Source: Chrysomallon squamiferum
Lineage: Eukaryota; Animalia; Mollusca
Assembly: GCA_012295275.1 (NCBI GenBank)
Contig: CM022665.1
Location: 34,038,001 to 34,102,000 of the forward strand
Reading direction: 5' to 3'
DNA length: 64,000 nt
Positions 12,625 through 23,620 of the stretch are shown in pieces (position 1 is the first letter of the stretch; each line of letters starts with the position of its first letter). The notes beneath the pieces are model-generated. The model did not search any database and was not told where the DNA came from. It was given only the letters and a program-made list of their open reading frames with translations. The position numbers and the translations under genes were made by a program.

Positions 12625-14661
12625 AGAATAATCAAGATTTAAATATCTAAATTATATATTTATCTGTCCATCCTCATATAATCTAAATGTATTTACACAC
12701 ACACACTTCGGGATGTACATAGTCATAAGCAGATGCTGACAAATATATATACACCTTTGATTAGGCTTTAATATTTTAAACCAATATGAAGCTTATTGTG
12801 GTTCACTTCAGTTCATTTTTAGAAATAGCTATACATTTTTCAATTGTATTTTTTCATTGATTAAATTTTTGAGTTTCATTATGTATTATGAAATTGCAAC
12901 AGAACATACAAGTTAAAAATGAAAAGATTAAAAATTTTAATTATTTTGCATTAGAAAATGTCTATAAGTGAGAAAAAGTCAGTTACATGAGCAGAGAGAG
13001 AGCTAAAAATATATATGTATATATATATATATATTTAGATCATATTTAGATACAAGTAGATATATCTTCTGACTGTGTACTTGTCCTTCAGCTTAGTTGG
13101 CCGCCAGTAGCAAACAGAATTGATCCGTGAGCAAACAAGGCAATCCGCTGATTGTTTCCTTTTCAGACTCTCGTCCGCTAAATTGGGAAAGGTAAAACTG
13201 GGCGTGGGCAATATATGAAAGGGTGTAAGATTATGGGTAAAAATTCTCAGAGACTTTTTTTTTTGTATTGTTCATAGATTATTGGTTTCAGCAATTATCG
13301 TTTCACAGTCTTCATTTTGTTGACTGGAGAAAATGTTGTTTGTTATATAAATTTACATCTAACACCTGTTGTTTCAATATCATTAATGTGATATTGCAAA
13401 TTGCTTAAAGTATGAAAAATTAACCTATGGACCTTTGATTAGCCCTGTGCAGAGAGAGATCGTATGGGAGATTAGACAAGAAAGTGTATTGATGTGCCAC
13501 GACCTCCCACGGCTTAAAAGGTATATTAACAAAATCAGTCAGGTAAAATAGTGAAATCGTGAGAAGAATACTGGAGTGTTTATACATTACATAAACTATC
13601 AGACTAGGTTATGAATGAAATGTTATTTGCCCATGAGGGGGTTTTCAAAACTAACAATGAAAAACTTGTGTGTATGTTTGGCTGGATTTTTTAATTTTTA
13701 TTTCTTTTTTATTTCTTGAAGAGGGGACTTTCAGATCTTTCTCTCAGTCACGATCTTTTTATTGGAAATTCAAGTATATCAAGAAGGGTACGTAACTTTA
13801 TGTTCAAATTGGCCGAAAAGCACATCATAATGGGAAATGTTTGATATACAAATACTGATACCATCATCATGCTCGTGAGCAGCTCAAAAGTTTTCCCCAA
13901 GGAAGGAATTGTCATAGAAACTCCAACAGTTCTGTGAACAAAATGGTCCTCACGATCTCTGACTTGTCAATCACATGTGCTCTCCGCATCTCACCATTTG
14001 TCTTAATATCCATTGAGTGGTCAGGAATTGATTCATTATAAATCCCAGATTGAAAGATAAGACACATTTGTTAACAAATTATGTTTGGAGCTAAACAAAA
14101 CAGCTAAGAGATCTTCAGTTGACATTCACCAATTTGTAACTATGCCATTATGCAAGAGGAATTTGCTGACACCAGTTTGTGAACATGGTAGTTTTGTCCA
14201 TGCCTTGTGTTCCATACAAATTTATTTTCTAAATTTTAAACAAATATACAAAAGTCATAATCGAGATTCCAAAAAATAAGATGAAAAAATTTAATTTTGA
14301 CAAAATATGAGTAACTTTTTAAACATCTAAAAAAAATAAAAATAATAATAATAATAATAATAAAATAAATAAATAAATAAATAAAAAGCAACAAAGAAAC
14401 CCAATATGTACTGACATATATATAAGATTTTAACTTCTTAATTGCTATTAAAACCATAAATGTTTATTCTCAGTAATCTTTTCCAAATATTTCAGTAATT
14501 TTGATTATTATTAACATTCCCCAAAATAAAACTATTAAATCCTGTTTCTTTAAAAATAATGCAGCAAATATTAAAGTCTTTTTTTTTTTTTCCATCTGCT
14601 AGCAAATAACATAATTTTAAAAAAGCCTTACAAAATAAATATAAATATAACATTATGCCAC

Positions 14662-15811
14662 TCATTCAATTTGAAAGGATTCAGCTGGAAAACATTCAAA
14701 CACACTAAACATTGACTTCTTTCTTTTCAGTTCGTGACACATTGTTCCCGTACTACATAATCTCTTTCTTGTCTCTCTAGTGTATTTCCCACCACCACCC
14801 AAGGTACCCGAACAGTCTTCTGTCTGAACAGGGCTCTGAGGTAATCCTGAATCAATGCTTGATATTGACAACATAGATTCACTTCTTTTATAACTATCAC
14901 CACTTGACGATATTGCATACAATGTATTAGATATATGCAACTCTGTTTGTGAGACTGGCATTTCTGAAGATCGATTCACATGTTTGCTGGATGAATTTCT
15001 CTGCAGGTTAAAACTATTTCTAAAGTAATGATCATCAGAGAAAACATCTGAATCCTGGTCAGTGAGAGAATCATTACTTTCACTAGCTAATGATGACTCA
15101 ATGATTCTTGTTTGTTCATTAAAACCAGCTGAACTGTTTTCGTTTCTGATATTCAAAAACATACCTTCCTTTTCCTTTACCACTCTGTAATCATTTATGT
15201 TTAAACACACTGACATATCTGAATTTAGATTTTTACTGAAATCTTCTACTTTTGTCAAAGATAAGTCACAAGAATTTGTATCTTCAAAAGAAATATTTTT
15301 TTCTTTAGTACATATTTTATGAGAAATATCTAAAGATCCACAACAAATGTCTGGTGCCTCTGCATGCATTACAGAAATGTGATCTTTTTCTTGGTTTAAA
15401 GTTAATACCAGTTTAATCGATTTAACGTTGACACCAGTAACTATCTTAGAATCTGGAATCATGCTGTACATTTTGTGAAGTCCTGGATTTAATGCTGTCT
15501 GATGAATGTTATTTTCATGAGCAGATAATTTTTCTTTCACAATTTCAGGCTGATCTTTTTTTTTGTCGTCTTCTTTTTCATCTTCATCTTCTTCTTCTGA
15601 GTCTTCCTTTTCACCACCCATCCTATCTTGCTTGCCGCTATTTTCATCATCCATCTCGTTTTCCACAGTGTAGCAGTCACTGTTCAGGTTAACATCTAAA
15701 TCCAGGTAGTCCGTACAGTTTTCTATCATAGATTCAATTTGGTGACAAATATTTGTAAAATTTGGACGAGATTCAGGATCTTCCTTCCAGCATGATAACA
15801 TCATCTGATAC
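14662..15811 (-). CDS. Receptor tyrosine kinase, last exon: kinase subdomain XI plus long acidic/Ser-rich C-terminal tail
   Basis: Acceptor ttttgcag; AT+G joins to give EEM-YQMMLSCWKEDPESRPNF (CW..P..RP.F motif); 1150 nt to TGA. Confidence 0.93.
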
Positions 15812-18199
15812 CTGCAAAATACAGAAAAGTAACATATGAGTAATAAATTAATTAATTAATAAAGGCTATGGTGTTGTTAATAACTCTAAAATGATGTTTC
15901 CTTTTGAAAAGATCAACTAAACCAAAACAAAATATAAAACTATGAAAATATCCATGTACATAAAGTTAGTCTGAACAGTTATTTTAATTTGTTAAATTCT
16001 TCATAATTTACAATGTAGTTAATTAAAAATAAAATCTGATCAGACCCATAACTAGCTGATATGCTTTAAAAACATTAATTGACATTAATTTAAATGATAC
16101 ATGATAAAAAATGATCACATCCTTATTAAATGAACAACTAATTTAATATTTAGTATTAGAGTTATCACTGATGTCAACAGACAGTACCTTAAGATTACCT
16201 ACATTAAATAAAATTATTTCTAATGATTTAAAGTGAGAAAATGTGATTCAGATTTAGAATATTAGTAGACAATATACATTAATATATTGTAGACAATCCG
16301 CATAAATCTTATTTGTTTATTTCTAAGTGTATAAAAGTGGTATCAGGTGTAAGGGCCGATGAAACTAACATATTGTAGCAGATAATTTTAATATGTAATA
16401 ACTATCAATTTTTAAATTAATAAAGATGACGTTTGTGTGCGCGTAATTACTGCTACTTATTCTGTATCTTTTTTTATATGATAACTGTTTGAATTATATG
16501 TAATGTATTGTTCCAAGTTTCATTTAGTGTCAGACTAGGAATAACCTGTCTGAGATGTCAAGAGGTAAATTCTACTGAAAGAGGTGATATGAAACAGCAA
16601 ACAGTGGTTAATGTAAGCTAAAACTTACAGATGAAGGCCAAAGATTATTACAAAGTGGTGCATAAGGTAAGACATATATTATATGTTGACTTTCATAGTA
16701 GATCGTGAGTGTCTAATAAACTTCTTGTTATGGGTGAATACTTGCAGTATTTGCAAACAGCAAATAAATTTTCTATTAAGCACCTAACTGTGAAAGATCA
16801 TTATCGCAGTCTTTCGAGAAAAGTATCTTACTTTCACAACTCTGATAAGTTGATGGGCCACAAAGTGAACATTTTATATTTGCCTGTGGAGTTTAATGAC
16901 GTCTTTACACTTAGTTTGGGTTACCAAGGCAGAAGTGCCATTTTGTTCTTCCCGATCTAGAAAAAAAAAATCAGTTGTCTCAACAATCAATTCCTGCTAA
17001 CGTTTTAACGCAAGTCTTTCAAATCTAATAAAGTGTCATGACCCGAATCTACGGCTCTTTGTTATAATACATAATAAAAATATATTTCTACATAGTGTGT
17101 GAAAAGCTAGATTTGTTTTATGGAGAATACTAGCCAAGAATAAGGGCAGCCATCTGGGAAGAAGTTTCAAATAATACATCCGTGTTTATGATGTTTTGAT
17201 CCTAGCCAGCAAGACTGATGAATATATTAGTGACAACTTGTAGCGGAACAAAGCCTCACACAACATATTTATGAGTCTTTATCTCAGTACTCACAAAACA
17301 ATGAACAAGAGATAAAGACCTCACACTTTCACAGAGGGCAAAAACATATCAAAAGTGGGATGCATGTAGATTCATGGTATAAGGAAGAAATAAGGCAAAT
17401 GGAACTGAAAAAACAAAACGTTTTTTCGTCTATTTCTCTCTATACTTATTTATTTATTATTGGTGAAATGATTCTGTGTTTAAATATTTAAAATAATTGT
17501 AGTTTCATTAAAAAGAAACAAATCAAGAAAGTCAACGCACTGCACCTATCAATATTAATTTATTCTTAAAATGCAGTTAGCAATATAGAACTGTTTCATT
17601 AAAATTTAAATGTATATTTAAGATACATATATTAACAATAAACATAACAAAATTACAAATATATCTACAAACAAAATTAGGAAAATATCACAAAAATATT
17701 TTTAAAAGTTTTATTTCCAGGTAGTTATCTTTTTTCATAAAATTTCATACTTGGTTAAGCAGTCTTTCGTTGATGTCAAAATAAATCTCGTTACATTTAC
17801 TAACAACACGTGTATAATATTATATTAAAACACATGTAAGGTATTTCCGTAATATAGATACGGAAAAGTTATAACAAAACGTGTAGAATATATTTTTAAA
17901 ACCAACAAGAACATATAGGTTTTCATGATACCTTTGTAAAATTATAATGAATAAAGGGTGAAAGAGTTCTTGAAATTATTCACAGGATTATAGCTTATGG
18001 GACATGATCGTTGACTTACACAGAAATGATTTGAACGTTAGATAATTACAGCTTCTGTTCTCGACTCGTAAAACCTCACAGTGTAATTACCATAGCCTTA
18101 TAGAAGATTCTTGTAAATGAAAGCAACAAATTTCTATCTATCAAGCATATATAAATAAATACACACTAACAATAAAATCAACACCTGCGAGTGATGTTA

Positions 18200-18570
18200 C
18201 ACAAAGGCCCAGCATTCTTCTGTACTAAGTACTCATCAAACAGCGCCACCTACCAAGCTCTTCAACTCTATTTCATATTTATTGAAAGCAAAAAAAAAAC
18301 ATCATATAGCTTTCTCAGCTCCTTAATTCACCTTACTCTTACTGTGACTGCTCATATGCTTATAAAATAAAATAATTGGGAGGTGATGCACGCTCGGTGG
18401 GGGAGCATCCATTCCGCATCTCTCGCGTTTTTTTTCAACACGACTTAACGAAGTGGCGAACACAGAGAATCCAGTGTGCTGGGAAATTCTACAATAGTGT
18501 GTGGAATTTTCTTCAACGACTGCACACTGACAGTGTATTCATCTTGCAAAGCACCCCTCCCAAGAGTAAG
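18200..18570 (+). promoter_or_regulatory. Putative intronic promoter/insulator patch
   Basis: Locally GC/CpG-rich; CTCF-core-like CAGCGCCACCTAC (18241), Staf/ZNF143-like motifs (~18207, ~18472-18491), PSE-like TCACCTTACT (18328), TATAAAA (18361), donor-like aga|gtaagt (18566). Motif-level evidence only. Confidence 0.35.
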
Positions 18571-19453
18571 TACATCAATAACATATTGGCCATGTTGTAT
18601 GTGCATCTGTGCAGAAGCAGATACTATTGTTAATACGGTGTTAGCAACGACGACGATATCAACACAGGTGGGCCCAGGTGTTCAAAGATATAAAGCTCTC
18701 AAACGAGAGGCCAGCCGAGTTCCTGAAGCTGATGTTAACTGTGACTTTAAAAACTGCAAATTGTCACGTTTGGTTGTGATGAAAATAGTGGGGAAAATAG
18801 AAAAAACACTTAAAACACGTGTAAGCTTACTGGTAAGAAACTGTTGGTAATAATTCACAAAAAGCAACAGGTGCAGAATCCATTAAACTGCGAAACGAAG
18901 TCTTAAATAGACATTTTTAAACAGTTATACACAAGACTTGTCTGTTCCTATCAAATGATTCATGTTGTTTTAAAAATAAAAATAAAATAATTTTAAAAAA
19001 CAAAAACAAAAAAGCCAACACAATAAGAAAAAAATCTGTAGTTTAACAACAAACAGAACTAAAAACATTATTATTATAATTATTATAATTATTATTATTA
19101 TTATTTTTTTTTTTTTGCACTATTAACTATTAATTCAGATACTACAGTTTTATTTTAAGTATTTAAAACAAAATAAACATTTATCATTTGTTTTTAGAAG
19201 AAATAAGAGTTTTTATTACTTTACTAAGATGCAAGTATTTCTGTTTTGAAATGCAAGGTCTATTTTCTTTATTTATGCACGTCATCCTAAAACTGTGGGA
19301 TGGCATATATTAGTTTATTCAGTTTTAGTGTGCAGGTATGTGTGTATATGTGTTTATGTGTGTGTATGTGCATCTGAGTGAGCCTTACGCAAAATTACAT
19401 TTTCCAAGAGACTAAAACACTAATTAAAAAGACTGATTTTACGTAAATTATGC

Positions 19454-19692
19454 TAAATTCACTGAACAAAAGTATAAGGATATGTACCTATTCCAGTTTC
19501 ACTGAACCATGGTAAATTCACTGAACAAACGTATAAGGATATGTGCCTATTCCAGTTTCACTGAACCATGGTAACTTTACTGAAAGGTTGTATAAAGGTA
19601 TGTACCTGTTCCAGTCTAACTGAAACATGGTAATTTCAATGAAAGATAGTATAAAATTATGTATCTGTTCCAGTATGACTGAAACATGGTAA
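19454..19692. repeat. 59-bp minisatellite, 4 copies
   Basis: Unit taaattcactgaacaaaagtataaggatatgtacctattccagtttcactgaaccatgg at 19454, 19513, 19572, 19631. Confidence 0.92.
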
Positions 19693-22600
19693 ACATTACA
19701 TACATTAAATGCGCCCAAGTGACACATGCTTGCTAATATATCGTCTATTTGTGTTAACGTCACTGTTATCCCCTCATGTTTGCACTGAGTCCTGTTTTGG
19801 TAATGGTAAACACACAAGTCACAATGCTGTTCTAAACCAGTTGATTTTTTTTTTTTTTTTCCACGTTAAAAAAGCAGATCACCTATTTTGTAGATTCAAG
19901 CTGAATGTCCCTTATTGGAAATCCTTGGAACCAGAACTGTTTCCAATTCTGGAATATAATGAGAGATAGACAGAGGATGTACAGTCGTAAAACTCATTTA
20001 TATTTCATACACCTTGTAGCCATAACTTAGTTGTTTTGTTTTGGTTTGTTTGTTTGTTTTGTTTTGTTTTGAGGGGGAGGTTATATACAATATACCCAAT
20101 AATAATATTTTTTGTGCATTAAACACTTCTTTTTGTAACCTAGCCACATAATAAGAGGGATTTTGTAAATTTTCCTATTTCAGTATTTTTGGATAGACCA
20201 AAGACATTGTCAGTCTGTATTATAAAGACATTTTTATTAATTTTTATTTTTTTATTTTGTATTTTTATTTTGTATTTTTTTTTTTTTTTTTGTAGAAATA
20301 CAAGAAAAGAAATTTAGTTTTATCACTTTTTAATCTAATTCATCTACAGTTAGATATATTTCATATGAATTTCAGACAGATGTTAAAGACATACTATTGC
20401 CTTTAATAATTCAGGTACCGAACTTTTTCTTTGGCTTCCAAGAAAACCATCTATTTTGTAAACTGGCCACTTCTGAATTTATCACCGATTCAAATGTCAC
20501 TGTGTTGCTGCATACATATGATCCTTTCAAAGTAAGTTATTATTTGTTTCAGTTTATTATCGTTTTCATTTATTATCATCTGTTAAACATAGTTTCATTC
20601 TTTATTTTATATTCTGTATATATATTTAACTTGTATCCTGAAATCCGGACACCATCAGTCCGAATAAATCGTTTGGTACCTGTGCAGTCAGACAGCTGTT
20701 ATGAAATATATCATGTCTTAGCTGGTTATTTTTGTTTTTGAATATAATGATTCCAGCATTAATAACAAAAGAAAAACAAACAAAAATCCCTGAAATGAAT
20801 TTAAAAATGTATTAAAAATAGTTTAAATTAAATTAAAAATAAATAAATAAATAAGAAGAAGAAAAGCAAATACTTTGTAAAAAGCAAAAAAAAATAAATA
20901 AAAACAGTTGGAAAAAGAAGAAAAAAAACCCCAGCAACAACCCAAGCTTATGATTACAAAAAATTAAATATAATAAAATATTAAAATAATACTGTTTAAT
21001 TTTACATCTAACAATAAGTAAAATAATACTTACAAAACATATGCTGTTGTGAATAAAATTAATTTGATTTAAACAAAGAATAATTTGTGAAATTTTATTA
21101 ATACAAACAAACAAACAAATAAATAATAAGTAAAGATAAAATTAAATAAATATAAAATAATATAATATAAATTTAAATTACAAAAAAATAAAATCAGAAA
21201 TATAGAATGAAAATAATGAAACAGAGATGAAATTAAAAGTAATATAATACAGCTAAAATTATTGTAAAAAATAAATTACTATTCTCAAAGATGTTTGACA
21301 AAATAAATTTTTATATTTCAGTATAAATAATATAAGCCTTTCAAAAAAAGACAACCAAAGAAGCTGCATAAATTTAAATAAAATAAATATGAGAAAAAGA
21401 ACCAATTTTTGTCAAAATGTTAACTGTATTTGTTAACAAGATTAGACACACAGCAATATTAAAAAAGGTTGGAATGTATGTAAAAGTTTCAGTTCTAAGT
21501 TCTGTTCTTAGATCAGGTATAAATAAAACAAAAACATTTATTTGTAAAATGAATATTTTATCTGTTATTAAAAGGTAAATGCAAGAAAATGTCACATAAT
21601 GCCCAACCATATTAACAGGCTATTTAAAAATAGCAGTAAAAACAATTATCTAACCAGAAAATCACAGAATTATTTTACTTAAAAATGTACCTGACAAACC
21701 TTGATGTACTGTCTCTTTTACAAGTCACTAGATTTTTATACCAGGCACATTCTTTTATATTTGTACAGATAAAAGAGAAAAACTGTTTATCAGGAGACTT
21801 ATTTTTTAATTATATAAAGACATAAATACACACAAAAAAATTTCAAACTTAAAGTTGGTGATAAATCATTTATCCTATAAAATTCAATTTTTAAACAATA
21901 AAAAGAAGCATTTGAATGTCACCAACGAACAAAATAAATAAGTTAATAAAATTTAAAATGTTTTAAAATACAATTAAAAATAAAATGAGTTATTTTAATC
22001 AACAAACTCTCCCCTTCCTAGAACAAACAAGAAATCCTTTGAAATTCTGGTCCAGTAAATATTATGTTACCTCAATGGTCTATAAATAAAGACACTGAAA
22101 AAGAAACTAAGACATCATTTTAACTGGAAGTTCTGTTTAACTGAGAAAAACTGTATTTTTGTTAAGGATTTTTGTTATTTTATTTTATTTTATTTTGTTT
22201 AAACTCAAAACCTCAGATATTTTTGTCTAAACAGATTAGTATGGAATTAGTTTTGTTAACAACCCTATGGCAGAAAGAGCAAATGCACTGAAATGGACTT
22301 AGAATGAGAGTAACAAGGAAATTTTTAAAATTGCTTTAAATCACAACAATGAAAACAGTAGCTTCCTGTATAATTTCTTTACAGAAAAAAAGTATTAGAT
22401 ATTTTCTCGCCAAAAAAAACAACAAAAAAAGAAAGAAAGAAAAAAAAAGATTGACAAAAATGAGTAAACAAACTTAATACTTGAAGTAAAAGAGAGAACA
22501 TGTAGGTATTAACGTTTCAAAGTAATCAGATGATTAATGTTTCTGGCAGAGATAAAAACATTCCTAGACCAATACAAACTTGACACAGAGTTCAGTGAAT

Positions 22601-23309
22601 GCATAACACTATTAACTGTCTTCTTCAACGATGGATTAGAGAGAGGTTTCTAACTGGCAACAAATTGAGTCTGGAGAGACATAGCAGAAGAAGGGAAAGC
22701 CTCTGTTTACTTTACCCAAACATCTATATAAATTTAAGCACAAGACTTTACTCTTTCATACAGAACAAAAAAAGAACCCTGTTCTTACAAGTAGAACATT
22801 TATAATGGCCAGTAGCCATGTATGGGCAAGACTGGTAGTCAAGTGTGTAATAAAGCATAATTTGTTTATATCAGTGTTTAGTCAAAACATTTTGCCCCAG
22901 TCAGAGCTGACATCGTTAATGTTAATTGAAGCATGCCTCAAGCACCCCAGCCAGTCACACTGGATCCAATTAAGCCATTCACTTGCTGATCCAAGCAACC
23001 TTCATGTGTTTGGGAAGAACCATATCCGCAGCAGTTAAAAAGCCCTGTAATAGTTTGTGGCCATTGTATTGTATCCTGGGAAAGAGGCTGGCATCTCAGA
23101 TGGTTATCAGTAGCTTGATTTTTTTTTTTTCTTTTTTTTTTTTCTCTCCTTGTTGTACCTGGTTGGGGGATCTGATGCTGATAACATCTCCACGGCCTAA
23201 ATCCTTTTGCAGAACTCACTGGCCCTCAGGAAATAGAAAAATGGTTGCTGGGACAATTAGAAAAAAATCAGAGTCCTTGATGAGAGGACCTACCTGATTG
23301 TGACAGTTC

Positions 23310-23620
23310 AAAGTGTAGCCACAAAATTAGTGGACAAACCCAGCTTTTGTAACTACACTTCATTATAGGGTGGGGTATTTTTCTCTTCATAAAGTATTTA
23401 CCGTAGTTAGTGTTGGTGCATTCCTTCATTTGTTCAGGTCAATGTGTAACCATTAATTACTGGACAAAACTTACTGTTATAAATACACTTCATTACAGGG
23501 TAGAGTTGTTTTATCAAAGCAGATGTTACAGAATTTACTACAGTTATCCCAAACTCTGTCTATGATGTATACAAAATACAAAATGTAACCAGTAATCACT
23601 AAATGGATGTTTCATTATCA
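23310..23620. repeat. Diverged ~130-140-bp tandem repeat, about 2.5 copies
   Basis: Recurring tgta(a/g)cca...tggacaaa...tacacttcatta(t/c)agggt near 23311, 23441 and partially 23581. Confidence 0.6.

Noticed and set aside
18476-18850. 124-aa plus-strand ORF in the CpG island
   Set aside because: Non-ATG start, no recognisable motifs; openness is explained by higher GC.
19454-19692. CRISPR-like appearance of periodic repeats
   Set aside because: Contiguous tandem units without unique spacers, eukaryotic context, no cas genes.
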